Assembly: GCA_043228905.1 (NCBI GenBank) | Contig: JBHGNT010000012.1 | Span: 13,826,001-13,890,000 of the forward strand | Source: Azolla caroliniana | Lineage: Eukaryota > Plantae > Polypodiophyta | Length of the DNA stretch: 64,000 bases | Reading direction: 5' to 3' | Part shown: piece after piece, positions 35,110-48,200 of the stretch | How the letters are laid out: every line of letters begins with the position of its first letter | Position numbering within the stretch: the stretch's first letter is position 1 | Notes under the pieces: model-generated | Told to the model about the DNA's origin: nothing | What the model saw: only the letters and a program-made list of their open reading frames with translations | Database searches by the model: none | Made by a program: the position numbers and the translations under genes

Positions 35110-35565
35110 TATTAGAGACATGTACTAAAGTAAGCATTAGATAAGGATAGATCTAGGTAGATAGAAAGAAAGGAGAGAGAGAAAGAAGGGTGTCGATCCA
35201 CCCGACCACCCCCGAGCGAAGGGATCGAGATGGACTCGAGCCTCGATCGGCATCCCATACCACCACCGTGGCGTCGAGTCATACCTGGTGCTAGCGCGCT
35301 CACAACAAGAGTTGACCCACCACAAGACAGAGTCTTGACGTAGTCAACATGATGATCAAATGAGGGTAGCTAGGCCTCTTATTTATAGCGATACCCAAGG
35401 CCCCCACGCAAGTTCACACTTGGCCTCATGGGTTGTCTCAATCCCGAGGATTAAAAGTAATCCTCCCCTTCTTTACACTCTCATTTAACCCTCACACTTA
35501 TCCACGTGTATAGAATACTACGGTAAATTCTCACCACAGGATATTATATGGTCATGCTCGTAACA
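35110..35565 (-). repeat. F 3' LTR
   Basis: Direct repeat of 41553-42008. Confidence 0.95.
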
Positions 35566-38500
35566 TACTCCCCCTCTTTAAAACATTGCACTCTTGCAAT
35601 GGAAAGTTAGGGAAGTTAGTTCTGAGAGTATTCTCACATTCCCATGTGGCATCTTTTATTGATTTATCCATCCATTTTATTTTAAATTCTCTGATTTCTT
35701 TAGTACGTAATTTTTTTGTTTTAACATCGAGAATTCTTTCTGGTACATATGGTTTAGAAGATACATCTTCAGAAGTAACCAGAGTTTCAGTTGTAATTGT
35801 ATTGTCACCCAAACCTAGAAGTTCTTTTAGACGACTCACGTGAAAAACTGGATGAATTCCAACACCATCGGGAAGAGCGAGACGATAGGTTGATGACCCA
35901 ATGCGTTTGAGGACTGTAAAAGGTTCACAAAACTATGGGGCTAACTTAGCGCACTTACCCATAGACAATGTCTTAGAATTGTGAGGTACACATAAAAATA
36001 CCTTCTGTCTAGGGTTGAATACACGAGGTTGCCTATTATGATCGGCATAAAAACGTGCTCTATCTTGAGTTGTTTTTATATTATCTCGTGCAATATGCAA
36101 CATATCTTGCATATCCCGAAGAAAGTTTTGCGTACTTCGCAACTCATCATGATGTATATTAACATCAATCGGGGCTCGTGGCTGAAAACCATACATCAAC
36201 ATAAAAGGACTATATCCTGTCGATGTATGCTTGGAGTTGTTATAGGAAAACTCCAAAATTGGGAGATAACGTTTCCATTTTGTTGGTTTTATACCAACAT
36301 ATGCTCGAAGCATGTCCTCAATAATTTGATTTACTCGTTCTGTTTGTCCATCGGATTGAGGATGATCCGTGGAGCTCATGCTTAACGTAGTTTCTAACTT
36401 TTTGAAGACTTGCGTCCAGAAGTCACTAGTAAACTTTGGATCTCGATCACTCACGATATCCATCGGTAACCCATAAAAATGAAATAACTCGTCAACGAAC
36501 TGGTAAGCCAATTCAGGAGCTGTTACCGTGGTTTTAGTAGCAATAAATCATGGCCTTTTTTGGTGTGAGGAAGGCTAACAATAAAATCCATGGATATACT
36601 TTCCCACTTTTTATTGGGAATGTCCAAGGGATGTACAAGTCCTACGGCTTTATGTCGCTCGGCTTTGTTAACCTGACATTGGTGACATTTAGTCACATAG
36701 TTATGTATGTTAGGGCGCATCTTAGGCCAATAAAATTGAGTGGAGATAAGAACGAGTGTACGATGTATTCCAGGGTGCCCTGCTGAGGGTGCATCATGGC
36801 ATTCAAAAAGAATCCTCTTTTTGACCTTGGGTAAATCTGGAACACAGACCTTCCCATTACGGTTGAGCAGACCGTTAGCAATGTGGAAGTATTCCTTCGA
36901 GGATGTGGTGGTGTCTGTTCCAGACTCAACTCTTGCCCAGTATATTGTGAAATAACTATCATTAGGATACTTCCCTCGAAGATGATCATAAAGATTTGAT
37001 GATATTTCAATGAAGCTAAGCATGTTAACTTCACGGATGCGACTTAGTGCATTAGCGATAGTGTTCATCGAACCTTTACGATATTGTATGGAAAATTCAA
37101 AGTCCTGGATGAGATCAGCCCATCGTGCCTTACGACCTTTCAGGTCTTGTTGGTCACAAAAATATTTTAAGGACTCGTGGTCCGTATTTACCACAAATCG
37201 ATTTCCATAAAGATAATGGTGCCATGTTTTGAGTGCATGTATAACTGCATATAATTCCTTTTCTTGCACGGTATACCAACACCGAGTAGAATCAAGTTTC
37301 TTACTCTCGAATGCTACTGGTTTACTATCTTGATATAAGACAACACGTATAGCATAATCGCTTGCATCAGTTTCAACCTCAAAAGGTTTTGAAGGATTGG
37401 GTAAAAGAAGTGAAGGAGCCTTGCATACCAGGTCCTTGAGTTCCTTAAAGGTGAGGTCTAGTGTAGCATTCCACACAATAGGTTTTGTAGACTTACGTGT
37501 TTGACCTTTTAGAAGATCAGTAAACGACGTCGTCAATTGGGAGTAATTACGAAGGGATTTTCGCAAAAACCCGACAAAACCAAGGAATGATCGAACTTCT
37601 CGAATATTCCGAAGAGTGGGCCAAAGCTTGATTTTCTCGATGCGAGAAGGATCAATTTCAACTCCTCGTTCGGTTATGAGATGTCCAAGATAAGTAATTG
37701 ATTTCTTGAAGAACTCACATTTTGAGATCTTTGCATAAAATTGTTTGTCACGCAATGTTTGTAAAACAAAGCGGACATGTTTGGCATGTTCTTGTAATGT
37801 ACAACTATAAACTAAAATATCATCCAAGAAAATAACGACAAATTTTCCAATGTGTTCTCGGAAAATGTCATTCATTTCTTGTTGAAATGTAGCCGGAGCA
37901 TTGGTCAAACCAAAAAGCATAACCAAAAACTCATCATGGCCATAGCGCGTACAAAATGCTGTTTTAGGAACATCTTGCTCACTTATACGAATTTGATGGT
38001 AGCCAGTACGGAGATCAAGTTTCGTAAAATACCGGGCTCCCTGGAGACGGTCAATTAGATTGTCAGCCCGGGGCAATGGATACGAATTCTTGATCATCAC
38101 TTTATTCAAGCGTCGGTAATTAATACACATACACCATGTGCCCCCTTTCTTTTTAACCAAGAGAACTGGTGGCCCCCATGGAGATTTGCTATAACGTATA
38201 TAACCCATTCGTAAATAGTCCTTGAGTTTCTTAGCTACCTCATCCTCTTCGGATCGACTTAAGCGATAAGGAGGTATACTTATTGGTGCAACACCAGGTA
38301 CAATATCTATACGATGGTCTATATTACGTTTAGGAGGTAAGCCATCTGGTAGTTCACTCGGAAAAACATCACGAAAATCATGTAAGATTTCATCAAGTTG
38401 TTGTTGTTCAAAATATGTTAATTGAACCGAGACATTATCGATATTGTAAACGTGAATGTCCGGATCAAGTACACAATAAAATAGAGTAGAACAAGACAAC

Positions 38501-38934
38501 TCGGATATTGATGGACACGAGGAAACAATCGAGAGGGATTGTTTTTTTACACATTGAATAAAATGAGTACAATCGTTCAGTACAATTGTAATTGAATGAT
38601 CAACCCAGTCAATTGATAAAGAAGAATTTTTATTATAAAACCAGGGATAACCTAGTATTACATCAGTGGTACAAAGATTCATTACATGGAAGTCTACTTC
38701 CTCTATATAAGTGTCAATAGAAATTCCTAATGAATGAATCGCCCCATTGATGTATTGTACTCTTCCATTAGCCAAGTGCACCGTGTAGGTGTGAGCACTT
38801 ACGGTGGGTTGGATTTCCCATATCTGAACCAAACGATCATTCACAAAGTTGTGTGAGCTTCCCGAATCAAATAAAAATTGTACGGGAGATCCATTGATAT
38901 AATCGTTTGCACGTAGTAAATCATTGGGACCCAA
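35552..38934 (-). pseudogene. pol: F pol: protease, RT, RNase H, integrase and chromodomain (803-aa open segment, then lesions)
   Basis: [53 protein letters not shown] and PERILDVK...IKW...ATWE. Confidence 0.95.
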
Positions 38935-38999
38935 TACATAGTGAGGGAAAGAACATTGACAATTACTTAAATGATGTGTATAGACCTAAAAGACATTAG

Positions 39000-39948
39000 G
39001 AATCAGACCTTTATGGTCTCCAACTTTAGCTTTGTTGTGGTGCTCTTTCCGGTGCAGCTTTCGACATTGCTCTTTTGTATAACCCTTCTTTTTGCAGAAT
39101 ACGCAAAAAGGATGTTGTCACTTACAATCGCGATCCATGAATTCGTTGGGTGTCTTGCGTTTCCCAACGAATTGTGACTAATTAGTCCCGGGCGCTTTGT
39201 TGGGTTTGTTGTGGTCCTTCTTCAAAGTGCATTGATAGCGAAGAACTATTTCAACGACCTCTTCGAAGGATTTTGGATCCTTATCGTGCACTATCCAGTG
39301 ATAGTCCGAATTGGGGATGCAATTGACAAAACAAGCTATTAACCAGTTGTCCCCTTCTAGACCCGATTTTTGGATTTGGGTTCTAGCATGGTGGAGATAG
39401 TCTTCTAACGAGGAAAATTTCCGACTAGAGAGGTTCATTAAAGCTTGTGCTGCCTCGGTTCGAGAGGGAGGTTGCAGAAATTGGCCCTTGAAAACTGTGA
39501 CAAAATCTGTCCAGGTATCGGGCAATTTCCCTAAAGTACGGAGCCCATGCCACTAGGCGGCGGCCTTATCCCCTAGTTCTCGGCCGACATATGCAATCTT
39601 CGTACTATCTGGCGTGGGATAGAGCTCAAAATGAGACTCCCATCGGCCTAGCCAAGTGCAAATTGCTTCTTCGGTTCTTTCATTTTTGTCTCCCGTAAAT
39701 GGCTTAACGACAAATGATGGTTCACCCTGTCGCTCATTAGGTCTATTAGTCTCACGTTGTAGACTAATGACACGTGCCTTGAGAGCACTTTTAGATTGCC
39801 GAAGTTCGGCCATCTGTTGAGCGGTGAAACTAAGGTATTGGGTTATTTGCAAAAAATACATCTCAATGGACATTTGTCCAGGAGGATTCCCGTGAGTTCC
39901 TTCCGCTTGAGCATCATGTCGTGATGTAAACCTACCATGGGCGAACAT
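39000..39948 (-). pseudogene. gag: F gag (internal stops)
   Basis: KPFTGDK, ELGDKAAA*, TWTDFVTVFKGQF and a downstream LFAYSAKRRVI-type tail precede pol. Confidence 0.8.
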
Positions 39949-41029
39949 TAATCAATATCATTATCTCACATAAATACCCCTCTAGATGTATGAGATGACT
40001 TTCGAGATCAGGTTACTATGGTAACACAAAGATGTTTTAAAAACCATGGGGGTGACAATTTAATGTCTTTCCTTGATCTCTACATCGATTTTTTCATGGC
40101 GGCTCCCCGAGGCTCAACCATGTATGTTCGCATCATGAATAGTTTATACACGAAAAAAATGTTAGCAATAAACTATGTTTCGGTGCCCACATATGTGATT
40201 TCAGCTCTTTAAGTCCTATTACGAGGACCCCGAAGTGCACTTAGACCTTAAGTTTAAACGTGTGTTATAGTCATATGTATCAACGACGTTGCATGGTCTT
40301 GGTCATATTTGAACTCGAGACCTCGAGAACAAATGCATTAAACACTTGAGCCAACCAAGTAGGTTGCTCTTCCTGAATGTTTAATGTTTTATGCGTATAA
40401 GAGATATGTGAGGCATTTGCTCATATATGTTTTTTTAAAAGAAACATATATGTCAAGAGTCCTTATTTCGCCCTCATTTACTACAACTATGTTGGTACGT
40501 TACCTAGCCTCAAGTCTCGTAATTACGATGGCATACGCCAAAGTGCAACCTAATGGTCAAGACAAATGAGCCCTCTTTTCGTAGTAGGCCCACGTGGCCC
40601 ATCACATGGTCACGTCTTTACGAATGCCTCTCGTAAGAATGATCTCATGGTGGCATCGTATCCATGTAATGAGAGAGGGATGTTGGATACGTGTGTCATA
40701 AGAGCGACCTCACATGAAGTGGGTCAAACCCCACGTACTGAACATCATTATGGTTATTTGCGTTTCTTTACATAACGAAATATCAAAGTCACCAACGGGG
40801 ATTTCAACAATAAAAAATTGTTGAAAAAAGGGATGGTGACAACACGATTCACAAAAATGTGAAGACGGCCACCAAGAACCTTTCCCCGAAAAGGAAAACA
40901 TTCGATTTAAAATCACATAATAACTTATATACACATATGTACATTATCACATATATACGATCAACTACGTATACACGTGACCACATATGCCTATATTAAC
41001 GAAATAATTATATTTAATAGCCAAAAATG

Positions 41030-41310
41030 ACGTAATCGAGATACGTAATTGAGGCATATACCTCTACGCACACGAGACATCCAAAAATAAGGGTTCAACG
41101 TAATACGCAACTTAGGTATTGACCTCTTATGCATACGAGACCAAACACATATCATTTACAACAAAATCGAGGTGTTGACCTCATACGCAAACGTAACATA
41201 TGTTCATGAACGTAATACATAATTGAGGTATTAATCTCGTACGCATACGACACTCATCACATATTATTTATATGTCAAACGAGGTATTAACCTCGTGCAC
41301 ATATGTAAGC
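41030..41310. repeat. Degenerate ~60-bp tandem repeats in the F 5' UTR
   Basis: Recurrent GAGGTRTTRACCTC-ATACGCA-like units. Also present in G at 57270-57400. Confidence 0.6.
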
Positions 41311-41552
41311 GTTTTAGATAACCAATTAAATGCCACCACAACATCATTTAATTAATGAAAATAATCTATATATTAACCATATACATGATTAGATGGGAGA
41401 AGAAAAAATAGACAAAAAATAACAAGAAAGATTACCGAAGTTTCTTGTGAATCCTTGTCTGCATGAAGGCCAACCGTACAATGATCGATCACCATCCATC
41501 GAGAAGATAAGACCAATAAAAGAAACATTATTACATAGGCTCTGATACCAAA

Positions 41553-42008
41553 TATTAGAGACATGTAGTAAAGTAAGCATTAGATAAGGATAGATCTAGG
41601 TAGATAGAAAGAAAGGAGAGAGAGAAAGAAGGGTGTCGATCCACCCGACCACCCCCGAGCGAAGGGATCGAGACGGACTCGAGCCTCGATCGGCGTCCCA
41701 TACCACCGCCGTGATGTCGAGTCGTACCTAGTGCTCGCTCGCTCGCTACAAGAGTTGACCCACCACAAGACAGAGTCTCGAGGTAGTCAACATGATGATC
41801 AAATGAGGGTAGCTAGGCCTCTTATTTATAGCGATACCCAAGGCCCCCATCCAAGTTCACACTTGGCCTAATGGGTTGTCTCAATCCCGAGGATTAAAAG
41901 TAATCCTCCCCTTCTTTACACTCTCGTTTAACCCTCACACTTATCCACGTGTATAGAATACTACGGTAAATTCTCACCACGGGATATTATATGGTCATGC
42001 CCATAACA
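41553..42008 (-). repeat. F 5' LTR
   Basis: Followed on the minus strand by TT and TGGTATCAGAGC. Confidence 0.95.
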
Positions 42009-42120
42009 TTTTCCTTCTGGCCCGGCGTTGCGCAACGTGACAACTAATGTCTCCCAGCTATCCAGGAGTGAACCGAGAAAGAGTAGAGCAAGGACCTCAT
42101 CGGCGAGAGGTACTTCCAAT

Positions 42121-42873
42121 TGTTGGGAGACAGGTCCCTCCGGATGGGAAGGGAGAAGAACAGTGTCGTCGAACAAACTCCGAAACGGTATGAGGAGTAC
42201 CCGGCTACGGAGAGCCGGATGATACAGGCCCGGTGTGAACCGGATGAGGAGTACCCAGCTACGGAGAGCCGGATGATACAAGCCCGGTGTGAACCGGATG
42301 AGTAGTACCCGGCTACGGAGAGCCGGATGGTGCAGGCCCGGTGTGAACCGGATGAGGAGTACCCGGCTACGGAGAGCCGGATGGTGCAGAACCGGTATGA
42401 ACCGGAGGAAGAGACATATTCGTAAATATGTTTCTGAGAGCCCATTGTGACTACATTTGTAAATAGCCGAAAAGTCATATTAGTATAAATATGACTTAGG
42501 GCAAAACTTTTAGTGGTTAGTTGCTGTTAATTTATTTTTCTTTGTTGGTGCAAGAAGAAGAGAGAGCGCGTAACTATACAGAGAGAGAGAGAGAGAACGA
42601 GGTCGTTGGCTCTGTTGTAACCGCCGCCTGTGGCGAAGATCGTGAGTCCGAGGTCGTTGCCTCTGTGTACTCACTGTTTTGTACATTCATACATAGTGAC
42701 AGTTTGCAGCCTGTGGGCTGCCGTGGTTTTTCCCCTAGTTTGGGGTTTTCCACGTTAACCTCCTGTGTACCATTTCTCTTCTTTGTGTCGTGTTCTATTT
42801 CCCGTTTTCTGTGTATGAAAAGAATCTCGGTTGTGGCCGAGTCTTGGGCATAAGGAACGACAAGTTCCCGTCA
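42121..42873 (+). mobile_element. Copia solo LTR (A/O lineage, 753 bp); TSD CCAAT
   Basis: TGTTGGGAGA...CCCGTCA. CCAAT at 42116-42120 and 42874-42878. Similar to the A and O LTRs. Confidence 0.9.
42190..42405 (+). repeat. About four copies of a 54-bp tandem repeat in the solo LTR U3
   Basis: GAACCGGATGAGGAGTACCCGGCTACGGAGAGCCGGATG... recurs at 42237, 42291 and 42345. Confidence 0.92.
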
Positions 42874-43297
42874 CCAATGAGGTTGCTTGGTGTATCAGCC
42901 CCTGGAGGGCATTCATGTGCTCCGCCATATTGGAGCCCTCTTGGTACCGGAGTCTCACTAACTTCCTAAATACCGAAACCCGATTAACGACATTCTTGTT
43001 CTGGAACATGATGTCGATCTTCTCCCATAGTTCATGACCTTGCTCTCTTCATTGAAGTTGTTGTACAAGTCGATGAAGCATCGGATGTATGCCGTCGTCT
43101 TCATGTGCATCACCTCCCACACCGTGGCATCGATCTTATCCGGTCTCTTGTCTCCTCCGGTACCGACAACTAAAGATCTTTAACCACTAGCATGTCCCTC
43201 ATCTTCGACTTCCTCACTGAGTAGTTAGAGCCGGTGAGCTTGAACATGCCGCCGTAAGATTCTTCCATTTTCTGTGTTGTTCGCTCTAATACCAGTT

Positions 43298-43888
43298 TGA
43301 AGAGAAATGCACGGAATATCACTTGGCCACAACCGAGTAGTAAATCACTTCTATAAGAATCAAACACAGAAATGGGAAGTGGAGGTACACAAGAAAATGA
43401 TACCGGATGTTTACGTGGAAAAACCTAATAGGGGAAAACAACGGCAGCCCACAGAGTCCGAACTATCACTATAATGAGAAGCGGTACAATCAGAGACTTG
43501 GCGGCAACAACCTCGAGCTTTGTTTCTTTGCAAAGTGGCGGTTACAACAGAGTATCACTCTCTATCTCTCCCTCTCCCTCTCCCTCTCTCTCTCTCTGTA
43601 CAACAGTTACAGCAATATGACAACAACACAATACCACACAACACTACACCAAAGTGATTGCCCTAAGTCATATTTATAGCCTCAAATATAGCCTCAATGG
43701 GCTATTTACAAATATAGCCTCAATGGGCTTATTCAAGACATATTTACAAATCTGTCTTCTCTTCCGGTTCTCACCGGCTCTCTTCCGGTTCTCACCGGTT
43801 CTCCTCCGGTTTCCGGATCTCTTCCAGTTCTCACCGGGTCCTCTTTATTCATCACCAGATCCCATCCGGAGAGACCGATTTCCCAACA
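43298..43888 (-). repeat. Copia A 5' LTR (591 bp)
   Basis: Direct repeat of 4822-5444, with the PBS adjacent. Confidence 0.95.
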
Positions 43889-43893
43889 GTTCT

Positions 43894-44237
43894 TGGTTTC
43901 TGCACACGAGTACGAACGCGTAACCGGTTGTGGCCGGTCAATTCCTAACAAAGTGGTATCAGAGAAATGGAAGACTCGTTTGGTGGCATGTTTAAGCTAA
44001 CCGACTCCAACTACTCATTGTGGAACTCGAAGATGAGAGACATGCTTGTGTGCAAAGACATCTGGTTGTCGGTGCAGTTCGGAGATAAAAGACCAGACAA
44101 GATCGATGCAGGGACTTGGGAAGTGTTGCATTGGAAGGCGCCCACATATATAAGGTGTTTTATAGACATGAGTCTATACAACAACTTCGACAAAGAAATA
44201 GAAGAAGATGTCCTATGGAATAAGATTGGTGTCATGT
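43894..44237 (+). mobile_element. gag: Copia O: end of 5' LTR (to 43950), PBS 43954-43964 and gag start (43967), cut by J
   Basis: ...CCTAACA AAG TGGTATCAGAG AA ATG. MEDSFGGMFKLTDSNY is homologous to A gag. Confidence 0.9.
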
Positions 44238-44712
44238 TGTTATCCCTCTAGAAAACACGGCCTACCCTCAGTCCTTTGGGGTATGGCTCAAGGGGATTGT
44301 GGTACAGGGAATAGAGAGCGTAGTATGCCTAGCCTTAGACAATGGCAAATAGGTGGTACGTCACGGGGTACCCTTTGGGGTAGGGTGCTTAACATAAGAG
44401 GGCTACAACCGAGCTCCTTCTCGCCATGCATCACTTTTTACACAGATACGCTTAGTTACCCTATGTAATAGATACACTTCTTAATAAACACAGAGTTTAA
44501 AAAGACAATAACAGGTTATATGAAAACTAGCTCTTTACAATGTTCCTATGCCCTTTATATATATGGGACATAGACGGTTACACTTAGTGTGTGAACCATT
44601 ATTACATGCATTTCTACTTTCTAACGTCTCCATCATTATGAGGCTACGCTTATACACTAGTCCGCCTTAATTCCTGCCTCGTTTCTCACTAGTCCGTCTC
44701 CGGAGGACAACA
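44238..44712 (-). repeat. J 3' LTR (475 bp)
   Basis: Terminal inverted repeats. It interrupts O gag and is flanked by the same 21-nt motif as the D 3' LTR. The partner LTR is outside the window. Confidence 0.75.
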
Positions 44713-45291
44713 CCTAGCATGCCTGTGGGACAGTGCCCTGGCACGTCGGATCCATCCCCCTTCTCTATTCATCATCAAAAATATCAAGGACATTAGGTTC
44801 CAAGCGATCGTCGTTATTGATCGTAACGGGCGATGTCGTCACAGGGGTAGCCTTGCCATTTTCGGGGTTGGCCGGTGGTTCCACCGCCGTGGTCTCGGCC
44901 TTCGGTGCGTCCCCGTCCTGTTGGTCGACCATCAACGCCGTGGTCTCTACATCCAATGTGTCTCCCTGTTGTTGGTCAGCCATCACTATCGTGGTCTCTA
45001 CATCTGGTGCGTCTCCGTCCTATTGGTCGGCCATCGTATTTGTTGAGAGTCGAACTCAACTTCCCAGAGATAGGCTTCACACTACCTCATGGACATGTTG
45101 GGCTAGTTTTGTAAATAGTAGAAAGGGCACTTGCCCTAGCTTAGTTGGTATATAAATCAACGCATTGTAACTTAGTTACTGTTGGATGTTTTATGTTTTG
45201 ATGTATTTTTGGTTAATACACAATTTAGTTTTTCCATCTCTGTCTCAAGAGCTCTCTCTCTTTCTCTCCCTTTGTTGCCACACACACACAC

Positions 45292-48200
45292 TGTTGAAGA
45301 CAAGGCCGTCAATGCGGAAGATCAAGTAGCATTCGATTGGGGTTGAGTACCTGCGTATGACAGTTTCCAAGATCGTGCAAAGAGATAGAGAGAGAGAGAG
45401 AGAGGAGGCACAAGAATCTTTCTATTCAACAGAAATAATAATACAACCAACCTTACAAAAAGGTTATTAGGTCACTTTATATAGTGACCGACTTAGGGCA
45501 ACTACCATTTATGCTAATTACACAAATGGCCCAAACTTGAGCTATACAAAGGGATAGTGTGAATACGTCCATTATACACTTGTATTCGACACTCCCCCGT
45601 AATGGGCGTATACATGGGTTATCTAAGATTACAGGTATAAACCTAGGTTCTCGGACATATCAGTTTTTGTTCGAGTCGGCAGGGTCCGAGGGCAGAAGAC
45701 CGAACTGGTCGGGTCGGAAGAGTTGAAGCCGATCATTAAGGAACTGATGTCGGTTGTCCGAAACCATCCTGCGCTGTGTCCGGCTCTAACCGGACTGGTT
45801 TGTCGTTACGCCCATCTGATGCCGAAGGGACCAAAAGCGGTCTGCCGAAAGACACTTGGTCATTCCATCTGCAACATTGTCGGTTTTGGATATTTTCTCT
45901 AGACCGATTTTCCCTGAAATGACGCAGTCCCGAACGAAGTGATATCGAACGTCGATATGTTTGGAGGCGTTGTGGTGAACCGGATTTTTCGACAAGGCAA
46001 CAACACCTTGACTGTCGTTATAGACAACTGGGGCCGAGTCATGGTCGACTTGTCGAAACGTGTGCGCCAGCCGGCCGAGCCACAAAGCTTCTTTTGCAGC
46101 GTCGGACGCAGCTACATATTCTGCTTCGGTCGTTGAGGTCGCTGTGCACTCCTGAAGTTTCGACTTCCACGAAATTGCTCCATTGCCGAATTTGAAGCAG
46201 TATCCAGTTGTTGATTTCCGACTGTCTATACAGCCGGCGAAGTCCGAGTCGGTGTAACCGACTACGCCTGAGGTTGAGTTCGGACCGAAAAGAATGTCGT
46301 GGTCTTTTGTGCCAGCCAGATATTTGAACACATGCTTGACTGCGTTCCAATGCGATCGGCCAGGATTGTGCATAAATCTGCTAACGACTCCTACGGCATG
46401 AGAAATATCAGGCCGTGTCGCGACCATCAGGTACATGAGGGAGCCGACTGCCGGTGCATACGGTACCGACTTCATATCTTCCCCCTCCGGACCGGATGTC
46501 GGGCAGTCCCGCTGAGAGAGCCGAAGATTCATGGGGAGCGGGGTTGAAGCAGATTTGGCTGATTGCATGTTGAAGCGTTCCAAGACACGTCCGATATAGT
46601 CGGTCTGAGACAAAAAAAGATGTCGTTTATCGCGATGCCGACTAATCTTCATGCCGAGTATGTGTCGTGCCGGACCGAGGTCCTTCATGGCAAACTTCAA
46701 CCGCAATTGCCGAATGAGATCGGCAAATTCGCCCGCATGGCGTCCAGAAATTAGCATGTCGTCCACGTAAATGATGAGGAAGATGGGTGATCCATCTTGA
46801 GCTGTGTTGGTAAAAAGACAATGGTCCTCATCGCTTTTTGAGAAGCCGATCGATTGGATGAAGTCGTCGAACTTCTTGTACCATTGTCGCGGTGCCTGTT
46901 TGAGGCCGTATAGACTCTTCCTGAGTCGGCAGACTAGATGTTCTTGGCCAGTTGCCACGAAGCCTTTTGGCTGCTCCATATAAATTTCCTCTTCAAGATC
47001 ACCATGGAGGAAGGTTGTTTTGACATCTAGCTGAATCAGCTCCAAGTTGTCGGTTGCCACTACGCCGAGTAGAAAACGAAGGGTTGTCATTTTCACCACT
47101 GGTGAAAAAATCTCGTCGAAGTCGACGCCATATTCTTGTCGGAAGCCCTTCGCAACTAATCTGGCCTTGTACTTTGGGGTGGTCGAATCAGACGTCTCTT
47201 TTAGTCGATAGACCCACTTGCAAGGGAGAGCACGTCGATTCTTAGGTAATTCGACCAGATCCCAAGTCTTGTTTGCCCGAATGGAGTGCATTTCCGACTC
47301 CATCGCCAGATGCCAGGTGGCTGAATCGACAGATGTCGATGCTTCTTCGTAAGACGTCGGTTCGCCGGCGTCGGTGAAGAAAATTCCAGGAGAATACCTC
47401 TCCGGAGGTTGCGACAGTCTTTTGGATCGTCGAGGTATGATTGGACTGGTCGTATCGGGTATCGAGGTCGGATGGTCCGAAAGCGAATTATTCTGCTGTG
47501 CCGAGTCAGAGTTGTCCGAGTCGGTAGTGTAAGGTTCAGCTACCCGTGAAGCTGACCGTGTGTTGAGAGCGGGGCTTTCTTGAAGGGTCGGCACATCGGA
47601 AAATGTTACCCTTCGGACTTCGATCGGTGTTTCGACTGATGGATTCATAGCCGACTCGTTGAACACAACGTCCGAACTTCGAACGATTTGTCTGCGTTCG
47701 GGGTCCCAGAGTCGGTATCCCATTTCGCCGTCTGATCCATATCCAAGGAAAATGCATTTCCTGGACCGAGGTGCAAGTTTTCGGCGATCATCTTTCGGAA
47801 TAAGGGCGTACGCCTCGCATCCAAAGATCCTCAGCTTGTCGTAATTCGGCTTACTGCCGATCCATAGTTCCTGAGGAATTTGAAGTCCTAGAGGTCTGCT
47901 TGGCGACATATTGATTATGTGTACTGCCGTGAGTAGAGCCTCTGCCCAGAAGCCATCTGACAGTCTGGAGTGTTGGAGCATGGAAACTATCCGTTCTTGG
48001 ATTGTCCGATTCATGCGTTCTGCAATCCCGTTTTGCTCCGGACTGTGTGGTGCCGTAAATTCACGTCGGATGCCGCGTTGTCGGCAGAATTTGACGAATT
48101 CTTCTGATTTGTACTCTCCCCCATTGTCGGTCCGAAAGCATTTCAGTTTTCGGTCAGTTTGATTTTCTACCATAGCGAGCCAATCGGAGAAGATCGAGAA

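Larger units (their letters stand above)
35110..42008 (-). mobile_element. tRNA-iMet-primed chromovirus F, full length; TSD TTTTC; TG...TA termini
   Basis: LTRs 35110-35565 and 41553-42008 (456 bp each). TTTTC at 35105-35109 and 42009-42013. PBS at 41539-41550, PPT AAGAGGGGGAGTA and a ~1.6-kb 5' UTR. Confidence 0.95.
42009..43268 (-). pseudogene. gag: Copia A gag, split by solo LTR 42121-42873
   Basis: MEESYGGMFKLTGSNY, RKLVRLRYQEG and LGSLLDSWETLV. Removing the insert restores QATSLEVPLADE. Confidence 0.9.
4822..43888 (-). mobile_element. Ty1/Copia element A, expanded to 39 kb by nested insertions; TSD GTTCT
   Basis: Paired LTRs 4822-5444 and 43298-43888. GTTCT at 4817-4821 and 43889-43893. 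PBS TGGTATTAGAGC at 43283-43294 and PPT at 5446-5461. The gag-pol pieces are collinear across the inserts. Confidence 0.95.

Noticed and set aside
42190-42405. 54-bp repeats as a CRISPR array or repeat protein
   Set aside because: They are head-to-tail units without spacers inside a solo LTR, and the frame is broken by a stop.
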